Shown: positions 37,532-52,327, counted from the first letter of the stretch. The stretch is 64,000 nucleotides of DNA from Tubulanus polymorphus (GCF_964204645.1 NC_134035.1:7036351-7100350); one strand, 5' to 3'. Notes: a model not told the origin generated them from the letters alone. A program made the numbers and translations.

Positions 37532-38141
37532 ACTTGATTTCGTTTCGGGTATTATTTCTACGCATTTTAATTTTGTGTTTAATTTTTTTAATTTCGATGT
37601 GGGTTTGTGGACAGTTGTGCCGGTGTCCTTTTGACTGATTTCTGGCGGGAAACGGTGCATGCTTGGCTCGAATTGTTAGCGTCGCGCTACGGGACATGTC
37701 AAGGTCGTGTGGAGACCCGATAAGAAAAGGTTGGAGTGTATGGTAAGTCTTCTAGTTCATGTTATATTTTACAACCTTGTTGGTAATTTCGAAGCTGATA
37801 TACTTCGCAAGTGAATGGTAAATCGGCAGTCGTCACGGCGGTACTTGCTTTAACAATACTGCTGCGCTCAGGCAGCAAATCATAATTCTGTAAATCGGTA
37901 TATATAGTAGAGCGATGTCTAGGGTTTTTAGATGACCTACTGGGTGCGATAATTACTTACAACGAGTTTATACAAGGGAGTATTGTAATGGAGTTTTTAA
38001 AGCTCCCAGTGTGTACATAAATGAATAGCTAATATCCTACGAACAAAGCGTCACATTGGTTTGAGCAATAATGTTTCGATTCATTGTGTCAACACATTTT
38101 CATTTTTTCCTGTTTCGTCACTTTTAATCATTTCAGTCACC

Positions 38142-41100
38142 ATGGGAATGTTTAAATTAATCGGCTATTTGGTGGTTCTACTGATATGTTTTGTAATCGG
38201 GTCTGTTATATATATGGCAACTGTAGGACCTCTACGCGTACCGGCAGTTCCTGCGATCAAAACAGGATATTGGGGACGAGACAGAACCAAGCCAAAGCTT
38301 GACGACGAAAAAATTACGCAAATCAAAATTACGTTTTCCGATGATCGATTGAACGATTTGAAATCACGTCTAGCGCAGACGTATTTCTTCGAAAGCTTGG
38401 AGAATAACAATTTTAACTATGGTTTTCGCAACGAGAAATTGCGTGAAGTCGTTAAATATTGGAACGAAATATTCGACTGGAGAAAACAAGAAAAAATGTT
38501 GAACAGTTACAATCACTTTAAAACGCAAATAGAAGGAATTTCCGTTCACTTTGTGCACATTAAATCAAAACCAAAAGCAGGTGTGTAATCTTTCAAATTT
38601 CAATAATGATACTCAAACTTATTATTTTTATCTCCAGCCATATCTGAATGCGAATTGTGTTGAATATAACGATAATGCTTGAACTTCGTAAGAACCTGAT
38701 AACGATGTTTAGTTTAGTACGATTTTGAAACCAGCTTCTAGTTTTATAGACTGGCTATCACAATTGATTTAACCTTGAATTATGACGACTAACTACCATG
38801 GTAACAGCGTGGCTGAAGGTTCGGAGAAAAATCTGATCGCTTTAAGTGTTGCATTAATTCTATATGATTTTAGGACAGACCGCAATTCCTTTGATGATGG
38901 TTCACGGCTGGCCAGGGTCATTTTATGAATTCTACAAAACCATACCCTTACTACTGACACAGGCTAATGAGAGCACAGATTATGTTTTTGATATCGTTCT
39001 TCCATCCATTCCGGGTTACGGCTATTCAGAGGCCCCGCATCAAAAAGGTGTGTACCACTTTGATTCCGTTCATTTTCCCCAAACCAGTGCTAGGTGTGTT
39101 TAAATTCAATCAATGGTTTTGCAGGTTTTGATGCTAGTGATGCAGCCCGCGTCTTACAGAACCTGATGAAAAGATTAGGTTACGAACGTTTCTATATTCA
39201 AGGTGGTGATTGGGGTAGTATTATCGTCACAAATATGGCCGCTATGTACCCTGAGTAAATATTTGCTCTTTTAGATATCTTTGGGGTCGGTTCTATTAGA
39301 AATAGAATGACTTGCCTTTACGTTTGTTAAACTGTATTAGTAGGCCTAACGCCCGCTGGGTTTTTCATAGCGAATAGTTGTTCAATTGTATGGATAGATG
39401 GCGCTTGGGTTCGGTTGACGTTTCTTAGATGTGCATGTGTGCATGTGTGCGCGTGTGGTGTGTATTTCACTTCGTCGCTGTAGCCAAAAGCATTTCCTGT
39501 TTGAGTTCAACTATTAAACTCTATGCAAGAAATTGAATAACAATGAAAAGTTTCTATTACTAAAATTAAAATTAAACCTTAAATGATGATAGTATTTCTC
39601 CATTACTGTATCTTGACCTTGTGGAGACACTGCACTGATTCAATTCTGCAAATATAGGGTGGGGCTACCGACTTCGATTATTGGGACAAATCAATTCAAT
39701 GAATATAAATTGCTTCCAAGTCTAAACAATTAACGAAGAAAACCCGTTATCAAAAAACAATTATTTTGAGATTTTAGCTTGATGTTTGCGGGTACGTGAT
39801 AGCTAACAGTCTGAAGTTGATTTCTTTCAAGGACTTGGCTTGCTAGGCCCGGGCATTTTGTCCATGGGGGACCCTGATTTTAAAAAGCATGAGGGCTTAG
39901 CCGTTAAACTGACAAGAGGAGTCCTCATTTGACTTCTGACTTTTATAAACCTTAAAACTACTCATAAGATGATGTATATATAATTTGATATATCATGAGA
40001 CATTTCGCAAAATGCAGTGGTTTATCTTTAAAGAATAAAAAAGATGGGGGCCGCCTAAAATGTAGAAAATACATACTGGCATGCTGGCATTCCCTTAAAA
40101 TCCGATCTACGATGATTCTTAGTCTTTTTCAGTTCGGTGAAAGGAATTCATACAAATATGCACGGTGGTGCCTTTTCGACAGCTTCTGTTGTCAGACAAG
40201 TGATCACATGGCTTTTCCCCTCGCTCGTACTTGGGCCTGAAGAACCAGCGTATAGCAGCATCTTTTCACGTTTGCCAGAAATGGGTTACGCCATTATTCA
40301 AGCCACAAAACCAGATACAGTCGGTGAGAAGTTAATCAGGCTTAACTCGTATTCTCTATGGTCTTATCAATGTAACGAGGAAAAATTGCTCGGCGCGGCA
40401 AATACTTTCTAAAAAATGGCTACCATTATACGTCTCGATTGTCTGGTTTGATTCATTAAACGCAATTAACTTACTCATTTACAAACGAATTAGATATTGT
40501 AACGACGAAGTTTGGGAGGTATCGTTGGAAGAGTTTTATTTTATCTTGTCAAAAGATTTTTTATCACTTAAGGCGCTGCGTTAGTTGACTCACCGGCTGG
40601 TCTGGCCGCGTACATCCTCGAAAAGTTTTCTTCGTGGACTAATATGGACAATCGTGATCATGAAGACGGTCGTGTTACACAAAAGTTTACCATGGACGAA
40701 CTGCTGACAAATATTATGATTTATTGGACTAGCGGAAACATCACTCCTTCACTTCGCTTCTACAAAGAATACATTCTATCATTAACTGGGGACAGCGCTG
40801 GGTCGACCGTCAAAGACTGGTTGCAGTGAGTAATTTTAGTATCATTTACTTGTTTTTGATATCACAATGAATGCTCCATGTATATACATGTCATACCGGT
40901 TCAATTTTGATTGGAAATTGTATCTAAAAAATGTGCCGATATTTTCTGTCTTGATTTCGGTGTGTTTGTTTTCCCAGTGTACCGGTTACCGTACCCGCTG
41001 CTTTCGCCTCATTTCCGAATGAATTCATACACACTCCAATCTACGTTACGAAGCTCAAGTTTATCAATTTGATTCAGGTATGTTTTCAAAGTCTACATTG

Positions 41101-41324
41101 CGACCTATACGATTCAGAGCTAAGAATCATGTTATTAACTGAATATTAAGGGAAAAAGATCCGACCTTTATGGTTTTGGGTTACAGGTCAGCTACATGCC
41201 AAGGGGTGGACATTTTGCTGCTTTCGAAGAACCGAAATTGGTTGCTGACGATGTTAGAAAGTTCATAATGAGCGTCGAGACAGAAGCGAAGAAGAGAACA
41301 ACCAATCAGAAAAAAGAATTATAA
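38142..41324 (+). CDS. EPHX1: Microsomal epoxide hydrolase (EPHX1/JHEH family), 474 aa; exons 38142-38580, 38874-39047, 39125-39254, 40133-40323, 40573-40825, 40978-41077, 41187-41324
   Basis: N-terminal membrane anchor, FDWRKQE, HGWPGS oxyanion motif, [16 protein letters not shown] nucleophile, [27 protein letters not shown] acid and [10 protein letters not shown] His. All introns are GT-AG and the exons sum to 1425 nt in frame. Confidence 0.95.
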
Positions 41325-44105
41325 GCACATATCATCGAACCTTCGTATTTGTGCCTTGATAATCAAAATAAGCTCACAGGACTATCAAATTTTAAAGTGA
41401 CTTTTATCTATATAAATTAAATCCGCATTTTTGGTCACCGTGACCAATCATACGCTATCTGCAGAGTTAGTTTATATGAATTCATCATCAACGGCGGAAT
41501 TTATGTACCGTACAAATGCACAACGTTCACGTTCATGTTTTGTCAGAGACTGTTGTTGCGGTTGTCGTAATTTCAAGATTTCAACGACTGTTTACCTACT
41601 TTGAGAGTGCAAATATATACGTCAGTGATATGGTATATATGATATTTAGATTGTACCAGTTGATTAGAAATTTGATATTCGCTTTATGATATATGTATTA
41701 CTGTGATCTCGAATCGACGTCATAATCGTGTCGACCATAAATAAACGAATTCCATAGTTGAAGATTTTATATAGAATTGCGTACGATACATAATGAAAGA
41801 TGAATCTTTATTACTGATGATCTTTTGCCCGTGGCTATTTTACATTTAAAACATTTTTTTTCGAATATTCAGAATAAAACATAAACACCGTTATTCGAAA
41901 GCGTATATCTGTATTTCATATTGTTTCGGATGTGGATCCAGCTGCGCGGATAGTTCATACGCTTGGCAACTCTCATGATTGTAGTCATGCTTTTTCCAAA
42001 CGACACGCCCTCGTTAACTTAAGCGTGTAGTAGATAATCTATCATTCAGAGATAAACGCGAACTCCCTTCTTGATCTATTGTTGTCAAAAAATCGATTCT
42101 GAGCCCTGTCGTGAATGCATAGTTCTAACTCACTGTGTTTCTACGGAGGTATGTACAAAATGTACAACTTATATGTTGACGGTTAAACATTAACTGATTC
42201 CCTTAGCGTTCGAATTGGTTATTGCATTAACTTCCCCCGTTGTTCATTAGTGCGTTGTGTTTGTATGAAGTTTATTTGTATATAAACGTAAAACGTCGAT
42301 GCCGTAGTTCTGTTCCAACGCGTCTATGCAGCGGCTGATACGTTGTCGCCATAGAAACTGCATTACCGTCCGTCGCGACAGTCGTATTGAGATCCAGTGT
42401 TGTTTCGGGTAAAGCACAGTGATCGTTACGATGGTTGTACGATGAGTCTTGTTTGGACATAGCTGCAGGTGAGATAAACTTAATCTTTTATATTCGCATA
42501 TTAGGACCATTAGGTGTAGGGCCGAGTTAATTTTTGCAGTAGATTTAAATGCACAGACGTTTTAATCGATAACCCCAATCGTTTTCATCCAATGGGGAAA
42601 AAGCATTAACAGTAAACAATCAAAAACCCTACGTTTCGGTATGTTACTATTTCTAGCTGTCGAGCGCAGGATTTGTCGTGGAGATCAAATTCACTGCAAC
42701 ATGCGATACCTTCGTATCAAGACGAAAAGTAAAGTTCAAGTGTAAAGGCATACTCGTTTTGCAAAGAAATCCGGTCCCATCAAGACGCATAATCACTTTG
42801 TGGTTCGACACCCCTAAAATTGACAGTCTTCAAACATACGTGAGGCCGAGACTAAAGAATCGGAATCCTTTTAACTAGACCGATTCTTTCTAATGAGTCT
42901 CCTCGGATCATAAAAAAATCCCAAAACAATACATACTTTATTGAATCTTTTAATATGACTGCTATACACATGTATCTATATACATATATGCGCACTACGT
43001 GCATATACAACACTCGTGTTTATCCTGTGTTTGCCCAGCATCTAACGGCCTAGCAGGCCCAATAAAGTGAATCACGTTTTAACGAATATATCAGTTTTTC
43101 TATGAATAAATTCAGCTCTGTATGCAACGAATATCTAGTTAATGTAGCCTTCATAGCATCTAACGTAAATCTATAGCTTCATCTGAATTCGCATATTTCA
43201 AACCAGTTTCCTACAACAATAGTAGCCAAACAAGGTGTGGTCTATGGTTTGTGAATCATAATCATTTAACGGGTAGCACTCTGCCTGACTGAGAGCGATG
43301 CAATGGCAACATCAGGTGAATCATATTTCACTTATCTCATCGATTTTAAGCTTATTTTGGAAGAGCACTGCATTATTTCTATAAAATGAATGCGAAACTA
43401 ACGTGCATTGCTATATACTGTAGTATATTTCCACGTACGTTTGTCGGTTTGTAATATATATTCATATATACTCAATATGCAAACTACGCAAACCCCGACC
43501 TAAAATTGAATATTGAGTTTTAGGCATCTGTCACCAACCAGTTTTTAAAACCGACCAAGCACGCAGTAATGGCAGCCTGGTACCCGTGCGACACTCGTAT
43601 GTTTAATGAAATTATGCGGCACAGTGCTAGATCATAGCCTAGTACGTATAACATGAAGGTGTAAACATACTAGCAGGGATCGGTTGGAATGAATAATTCT
43701 TAAGCTGCGATGTGTCGTATGGAATAACGATAGTATCGAATGTGATTATTCAAAGCATTACGTTAAAAACAAGAGGTTCGTTTTAATAATAAAGTTAACT
43801 GTTTCAGTCTGATTTGAAAAATATTTTTGATCCTAATTATCGAATTTTAAATTCCGAACTGTGGAACTGGGCGGCGCCCTCAGCAGGTAAACAAAATCAG
43901 CGCAATGTTTCTCGAGTAAATTGATGGTTATATGCGTGGCGATTTAGCGATAACCGTAATAACCAATTATGATAATTTTTAGTGATTCAACTCACAACTC
44001 TAGCCCATCCAAAATGAACGTTATGGCTTCGATTTTCAAACGACAACTAAATGCTAGTATATGCGATTATTTTTTCAGTATCTATAGTGCGCAAATACGA
44101 TTAGA

Positions 44106-44765
44106 ATGGTGTCTAATCAGGGATTGGACATGTCAGATGATCAATTAGGACGTGGGGCCGCGGCACCGTACGGATATTCACCCGCCTCGAGGTCACTCAT
44201 TTACCCGACCCCTCCATCGACGCATGGGCAGAGAATACAATGGCTGCCACCGCAAACGCACCCAGCTCAGCAACTATCCTATCCGCATCCAAAACATCAG
44301 CAGCAACAGCAAAAAGAACACTTCCATCCATCATTCACCGGCCAGATTAACTACGAGGTATATTCGAAACAAATTTATCAGGGATTCCGTTCTAAGAAAG
44401 TATTCGGTTGCGCAGTGTGTATGATTCTGTTCGGGTCTATTCATATATTGTCTGGTGCAATAATGGCGTTTTATATCGGTATGACGTCGGAAAGTTTTGG
44501 TGGTTACGGAATTTGGGGAGGAATATTTTTCCTGTCGACTGGTCTATTCGCCTTACTAACGTACTGGTGTAATAACACATGTACAGTTGGTTTTACGTTC
44601 GTTCTCGGAGTCATGTCCTCCGTAATTGCAGTCGTACAGTTCGTGTTAGCTATTCTGATGTGTTTGAAGTTCTACATGGCTATATTGGATGTGTTTACGT
44701 TATTTTCAACCATAGTCACGGCGATCGTTTTGTCGGTAAAATGTGCCAGTTGTAGGTTGGAATAA
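44106..44765 (+). CDS. MS4A/CD20-like tetraspan membrane protein (single coding exon)
   Basis: Pro/Gln-rich N-terminal region, four hydrophobic segments and the GYGIWGGIFFLSTG motif; splice acceptor just upstream (~44078). Confidence 0.7.
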   Translation: MVSNQGLDMSDDQLGRGAAAPYGYSPASRSLIYPTPPSTHGQRIQWLPPQTHPAQQLSYPHPKHQQQQQKEHFHPSFTGQINYEVYSKQIYQGFRSKKVFGCAVCMILFGSIHILSGAIMAFYIGMTSESFGGYGIWGGIFFLSTGLFALLTYWCNNTCTVGFTFVLGVMSSVIAVVQFVLAILMCLKFYMAILDVFTLFSTIVTAIVLSVKCASCRLE

Positions 44766-46060
44766 TAATGCGTTATGTGCCTTCTATTCAAAACTAAGAC
44801 TCTTCTGTACGAAAATAAATCATAAAATCAGGAACCGTTAATAGATTCTTTAATCGGTCACCTAAACGTGTACAAGTCTACCACGGTGTTACTTGAGAAC
44901 TTGTTCCACACGACATATAGGCACACATTATATAGCAATAAACCATGTATGATTATTTGAATGGACGCTTAATGGAAACACTTGTCTAGCTCTGAAACTT
45001 GAAATGACCTCTAACGTTTAAAGTGATGAACGATTTGAGGTTACTCGTCGCGATCTTCGTCCAAACAGATGAATAATTACGTACATGTTGGGAAACACGT
45101 TTCGGAAAACACGTTTCCAACAGAGTACCGTTTTCCTACGTTTCCGTTTTCCTTTGACCCACAGTGTTCGACAAAAGAAAAAAAACAATCGTGCCAAGAA
45201 CCGTGTCAATTGTTTGCGAAACCTCAGAATACTTTGCGCGTGTAACCTGTCGCAATTATGTAAAATATATAAGATTTAATGGCATCCATCGTATACATGT
45301 GCATATAAATGACTTCAGAAATGTCTTTGGTACCTACAACTTACATCCCAGATTTTCCTGGGCCCGGATTCATAGACTGAGCATCAAAGTTAACCCTAGG
45401 GGTAAATCCTCAATCTAGGTGACAACCACCATACAATGAGAAATCATGGTTATAACTGACGAACTTCAAAATATTCCCAGGGATTATTTTTCTTTATCAT
45501 CTATAAAACCCAGCTCTATAATGAGAGGCGGTTCATTTGTATTTGCGGTGATCTTTTCAGAAAAGGTGTCCCCCTCCAACTCCCATCGAATTGGTTAATG
45601 GCCTGATGTTTTATGTATGGAATTCGTAGGTTCTGGTTCACAAATTGATAATGAAATGGAGATTCCCTGGATTTTCCTTTCTAAAAGTATAATCATGTCA
45701 AACATTTGGTTGGGTATGTTGGGCGAACACTATGAGCCAATCAGATTGCGATTAATTGAATTAGATAGATTCATAAATTGTACGTACATAATCAAAATCA
45801 TACCACAGAGATCATACATAAGCAACATCGAAAAAAAGTATTATGTTCATATTTTAGTCATTGTGGCAGCTAACATGTTTCAAAGCTTCTTTTCACATTT
45901 ATTACCAGAAATCGTCTCGTAGATCTTAGGATTAAGCTATATACCTGCGTAGCTTTTCGATGTTATATTCGACTTCAGCCGGGGGCAAAGTTCATTCTTT
46001 TCTGATTGTCATCGGACAATGTGGTATGCAGACTCGATAATTCTGTAATAGCGTAGCGCA

Positions 46061-46171
46061 CAGGTTCCAGTTCCACAGTTCTGAGTTAAGATTTGACTCT
46101 GAGTTAACTCATTGGAAATAAATTATAAACTTTAACTCAGAGTTAACTCACAACTGTGGAACTGGGTCCTG
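46061..46171. mobile_element. Short palindromic MITE, family A
   Basis: TIR CCAGTTCCACAGTT / AACTGTGGAACTGG with internal GAGTTAACTC palindromes. Related copies lie at 54645-54740 and 62520-62639, and a half copy at ~43855-43872. Confidence 0.75.
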
Positions 46172-49100
46172 ATGTTTAATTGGGCAGCAGTGGTTACGAA
46201 ACACATATCATAAGATGACGGATAAATCGATGTATTCCTTATGCAATACCGGTAGTTAGGAAGATGAAACAAAATATCACAATTGATGATATTCAGAGTT
46301 TATTGTCTGCATGCTGTGCTTTGGGATTTTTCTATTAATATAATCATATTATAAACCCCATATCAGAGAAATGATAATAATGATGAATACATACATGTTT
46401 AACAACCCGGTACGTATGTGTCGCTAATCAATGATATGCTTCGCTGTACTGTCCTGTAACGATGCCATACGCTGTTATAATGAATCTTCTTTGCAAAATC
46501 GTTTCTCTTTGTGGATGAAATAAAGGTTTCTCTGATGATGGGATTTAGATAAATCCTCGTATCTGTCAGATACTAGGCAAACTATCATTAATATGGGATT
46601 TTCGTTTATTTATATTACATAACAGCTTGGAGAAACGATGGTTAAATTATAGATGAAATGCTACTCAGTTGCTTGCTATATATACTTTTATACCTTCCTG
46701 TATATTATGACTATTATGATAATGATTATCATAATTATATATATCATTAAAATTACATTTATTTAACTGTAAACATTTCTCATAAGAATCTATTTGTTCA
46801 CTTCATTTGCTCTTTTCTCTTTGTAATGTGTAGAGTAGCTAATCATGTTAGGATTCCATATCGTGAACCTTATCTATTAGCGAGGGTTCAAGTCTCTCCA
46901 TCACTCGTTGACAGAATGTTCTTGAATATTTGTCAATAGCGACAATTACCGACGTCACTCCATAGGAACTAAGTAAACATAGCTTTTACTCTCGAAATTC
47001 CTTGTAGACGCATGTCAACGGGACGGTTTGGGGCCAGATTGCAATATTCAGCCGATAAACCACGAGCTAAGAGTCTATGGCCCTTGGGACTCTTAACAGC
47101 TGCAACTTTCGATAGATATAAGACGTGGTGACAGATCTAAGAGCGGGCCTAGGATCTAGGAACAGTCTCGTGTGTGGAATTAGAGGCTCGATTATTAGGC
47201 TAGAATTGAAATGCATGGTTTATACGTATTTCTTTTTCTCTAGAAAAGCATCCGTCCGGAGGCACCCCAAATATTTGCCAGAATGAATTCTTCTATAACG
47301 GATCATGAAGTCATTTAGTAATACATATCTTATCTTCCTGATTTAGAATTGAACCATTACACCGATCATTAGCTAATCTTCGACTAACTATAAAACGACA
47401 CCGGAAAGTGATAGGCTATCGCTTTGACATTGCTGACATTAAATACTTGAAAATAGTTTTCTACCCGTGTGTTTCCGGAAGATCCAAGCAAAATCGAGCT
47501 CGGTCTCTTATAAAAGCTATGGCCTTTGAGAACAAGGTAAGACACTAAAATATTATGAACCAGGTTTCAGGGACGTGGTCCCACAAAAATTGCTTGGCTT
47601 CAATCGGAAATAAAAGGCATACATTGCTATTAATTTGTAGAAGTTGTGGATCAAAATTGGATTTTTCTTCGTTATGATCGTGAAGCCAATATTGTCTTAT
47701 TCCGGTAGGTTATCGCACACGTACATTAAGTTATGAGTTACTTTACATTGTAAGCAAGGTCAACTCAATCAACATGCAATGTCGTTTTGACCCGTTAAAC
47801 TTGTCATTTCAATATTATTTCCAATGGTGTATAGTAAGGCCCATCAAATATTTCCTGACAATAACATTTTTCTAAATGAAAAATAAATTGCCAGCAAAAT
47901 GTTTCCTACTAAAACTATCTATCATGTTGTGATCCAGCAATCCGGCATGTTTCTATTTCATTCTAAGAAGAGGGGTTGGTAACAAAATGTAAAAAATGAT
48001 TGGAGCTACTTCACACAATGGAGAACAGACGGCCACGCACGACGTGCGCGTTCCCCGTGTTTCTTAGAGCACGGGGAATATTTAGGTGTAAAAAGGTTTT
48101 TTGACGCCTTATAAAACGTTACCATTATGAAACCTAAACAATGTTAACCATTCAGCGTCATTTTACAAACGACAACCCTAAATCGATGTGCAAAACGTCA
48201 CAGGTCTATGTGTACACATACAAGCTATTTGGCAAAATATTATTGACAGAGATGTAGAATGGCTTCCTGTGATTATATAATGACTTATATTTGAACGTCG
48301 AATATTATATTGCATTGGATATCATTACAAGACGTATTGTAATAGTAAAGGATGTATGATTATATCAGAAGCGGCAGGCATGAATAGAAATGATAAGTAA
48401 ATCGGATTATTCGGTTAAATGGCGGATGTATACACGATACGGAAGTCCGATATAAAAGTCATGGGGATGCTGGTGGAATGACGAAGCTATCTATGATGTG
48501 TGTAGGGCCGGCAGGAATTTCATCAGCGGCTACAAGTGGTCAATATGAAAATGTGTAAACATATAATTTCAAAATTCAAATGTTTTAGAAAATATGTTCG
48601 ATATTAGGGGTATGCAGGTTTCATGAGATTAGCAATTTATGATAGCATAGCTGTTATATACGGCTCCGCGTCCTCTGATGGCATGTGTGTAGGTGAAAAT
48701 ACAATTCAATTCTTTATTGATCCTTATTACATTGAAATTCTGGGATAAAATTCCCAAATTCAATAAATACAAATTTTAAAACAAGAAAATAAAACGTACA
48801 AGACACACGGGTAATTCATACAGAATAACATAAACAAGTTATTTTAAATGACAATGTCTACTTCAACCCAGACTCACGACTAGGATATCGAGTGGCAGCC
48901 AAACCCGTGGCCCGAAGACCGGGCCGGCTGGCTAGGCCACACGATATGCTCGAAGTCATGAGGAAGCAGACATCAGAATGCTCTTTCCTCAACCATGGAG
49001 GCAATGAGAAAGCAGACCAGCTTACAGGCAAAAAAAGTGAATGAAGTTGGTAGCAAGTTATCAATTATTGACAAAAAAATTAAACCACTAGAGTCGAAGA

Positions 49101-51599
49101 CCTGTATCATCTACCCAATCGCCAAATCTCATAATTCCCCAAATTTGTTAAAACTTCGAATTTCAAATTTGCAATTCCACATTAGCTTATCCGCGAAATT
49201 CTACATTTTTTTCGCAGGCGTCAAATAATTCATTAAAATTAATTTTCTTGTTGATCCTCTCTGTCTCTAATTCCCTCCCTCTCTCCCTTTCTCCCCCTCT
49301 CCCTCTCTTCCTCTCTCCCTCCACATGACCTTAAAATGATATGGATACCTCAAACTTTATTTTCATTTTAATGACAACACTATTATACAAACAAAACTAC
49401 ACAAAAGAATACAAGAGGGTACGATTATACATAAGTATGATCATGGACGCATAGACTAGGGTTAAAATTTAGTCTATATGTCCATGGTAAACCTCATTTT
49501 TTTGTAAACACGATTTATTGGGCGAACTTTTATTTACAACCACTGGAGAGCCACCGCATATCTTTTATCGGAGATATGAAATAAAGTCAAAGTAGAGGCA
49601 TAGTGGAGAACATAAATGGCGGAGACTGCCTCAATTAATAGACATGTCGAAACTGCACCAAGAGCTGCACCAAGTGAAACCGGTTAAATGCTATGTGTTT
49701 ATTTTATCTCAAAATAGGGATTTTCCCTATCGACATTTGATTGGTAGATTTTTTATGATGCTGTGTCCTTTACAAAGCCACCACACCTGCTGGAAACAGG
49801 AAAGAGGTTTTCATTTTGAAATTGAAAATCGAAGTGCGGTCCGGAAGTTGTGGTAGTCGCAAAATTTCCAAAATGTTTTTGATTAAAAAATCTCGCCTCT
49901 AGTTCATGTAAACAATCATCCAACCAGACTTAACCGACAAACGAATTGTTAGGATTAGATTCCAGCGGGGGTTCCAGGGGCCTAATTTGAGATATTGTCT
50001 TCCGAGTAGATGGCCTAGGGCCCGATGGCCTGGAGACGGGTAGTTGGTCCTGACTCAACGAAATTTGAAATTTTAGCTGCTCTCAGACGCTATACCAGCA
50101 ATTATAAAAAGCCTTAAACCTCGAGTGCCGGTGGAGCACCGATTCACTACCAGTTAGCTATCACTGTGTGACAAGTATCGGAGAGACAAGTATCGGAGAG
50201 TGTAAAGTCACATGCAGAGATGTTGTTGGGGAAATCTTTAGTACCGCTCAAGTGGTACCCACGGTAGGCTGGATCCACCAAACTTTGTGGGGTTGTTCTT
50301 TGAGGTCTGAAGATCATATTGATCAGTAGAGTTTTCTTACGAAAATCCTCTTGTAATTCTGCTGATTATTATATTTCTTTTCCCCTTTCCAGCCAGAAAA
50401 ATTTCACAAAATTTATCTTCTCTCAGATTCGACTACTAATCGGCAAAAAGTGCTCTAATCAATGTAGTGATATTTATAGCACTCTGAATGCATGGGCTAG
50501 AATTTCATAAAAATAAAAATTCGTTGAATTAATCTCACGACGAAAATACAGAGACCTAACTAGATAATGGATTCACCATTCGTTAATTTCTAATCCTTAA
50601 ATTCCTAATTTTACACGACGACCTTGAGGATGGTCTCTGTTTAAGTCAAAAAGAGGATTGCTCCGAGAATAACCAAATCAGGGAAATCCAAATCAGCTCC
50701 GTTTACTAAAAGCTACTAAACGCATTCAACAATTAAGTGGGAGCATTCTCAAAACCAAGATGAGAATTCTTTGAATGTAGCGACGAAAATTTCGGTACCG
50801 ACTAAAGTAGATTGGTCGTCCTGCAAACTCTACCCGACACGAAAATGAATGCCGATCCAGATACGTCATTTAAACTCGCCCGCGCAACAGTGAAAAACTG
50901 TCACTTTTATACCAAGATGGATTTCGATCAAATCTAAGAACTATATTTGAACTAACAAGTCAGAAAACCCGTTATCGCTGCTTTGCAGCTATATTTTATA
51001 TGTTTTGGTCGTTTTCCACACGTAAAGAATAGTCCGAAAGTTTATTTTTGTTTTCTCAACACAAAGCACATTATATTTCCCAAACGCATTATCCGATGAG
51101 GATGGGTTTTCTCCGTCAAGGGGGTGCAGTTGGTACTTCACAGCTGGCGCTGAATTTGCATTTAAATAGAAGGTTTACACGGGAGCAGTTTTGTGTTCAT
51201 ATACTGTAAACAGTTCTTACATTTACGAATGTCTGCTTTTTGTCATAAGATGCAGATTTACCCGGTTATTTACTTGATTGGTAGATTTCGTTTGATTTGT
51301 TTTGTATGATCGGCTGTCTGTAACCTATTAATGTATTAGTGTAGTGTAGTCAATGGAACGCGACTTTCATAGTATTTAGTTTCATATTCAACTTATTACC
51401 AGGCTGTGAACCATTTAGTTAAATCCCTGTATATAGGTTTATTTTGTGGAATGCTCTTCACGGTCCTGTTATCATTTTCATGAACACCAAATGTGTATAT
51501 AAGTAGCTTCGTGAGCTGGTGGAGGGAGAGAAGACTGGTCGAAACACACCGGACCGGACGCTGAAGGAAAACTTCGTGCGACGAACTGCACGCCGAGAA

Positions 51600-51710
51600 A
51601 TCAGAACAGACAGTCCGCTGATAGATCAGAAAACCTTGTGCGACGGATAGCACGCTGATAGACCGAGAAACCTTGTGCGACGGACATCACGCTGATTGAC
51701 CACTGAAACC
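51600..51710. repeat. About 33-bp tandem repeat, ~3 copies
   Basis: CGCTGATAGA..GAAACCTTGTGCGACGGA repeated. Confidence 0.7.
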
Positions 51711-52327
51711 TCCTGCAATGAACGGCACCTCAAATCATGTTAAGCCCATATATCAATTGTACATAAGTTAAGTTTACCTGTTTATGTAATGATTTGTATT
51801 AACTTACATAAGACTGTTCGTTGCGTTTGATTGATCGTGGAAAAATGTAACTCTGTCGAATTTACAGAATTCTTTGCTTATATCGAAATTTATATACATA
51901 ATTGGAAATTTCGGTTCCAGTTCATTAAAATAATCTTCCAACCAGCCAGAACCAGCAATCGACTTACTGGGGTTAGTTATGTTGGCTGCCTAATTGAATA
52001 AATCCAGATTTCGGAAATAACTATACTACAAGGTTGAAGATGATTTTGTTTTTTTTTATTTTTGGTCATTTTCGACTGTCGATTTCAACTGAGGAATAGG
52101 CCCCAAATTGTAGTCAGTTTCGAGCGTCGCCAGTTCACCTCCTCCGTGCTTTAGTAAGCCAAATAACCCCTTATTAACGACCAGATTATTACGTTACAAA
52201 ATCACAATTATCTTTACAGCAGCAAATAATTTGGGTATATTTGCATTTTGTATATTTTGCTGGCAATTTTTCTTCGTAGAGGGAAATATTTTGATGGTCC
52301 TGTCAGTCAAATGATATCTTCTTATAG

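Noticed and set aside
37365-37697. Cys/Val-rich ORFs
   Set aside because: Translations of the (CA)n microsatellite.
34480-50800. Faint L1/Tx1-like remnants at ~34.5-34.9, 49.05-49.2 and 50.55-50.8 kb
   Set aside because: Impression only; no diagnostic motif is readable.
51340-51810. Possible solo LTR (TGTA...TACA, TATA-like box, internal repeats)
   Set aside because: No matching target-site duplication, PBS or PPT was found.
52030-52310. Two hydrophobic stretches as the signal-peptide exon of the large lectin gene
   Set aside because: Neither has both a clear ATG and a compatible GT donor, so the first exon is unresolved.
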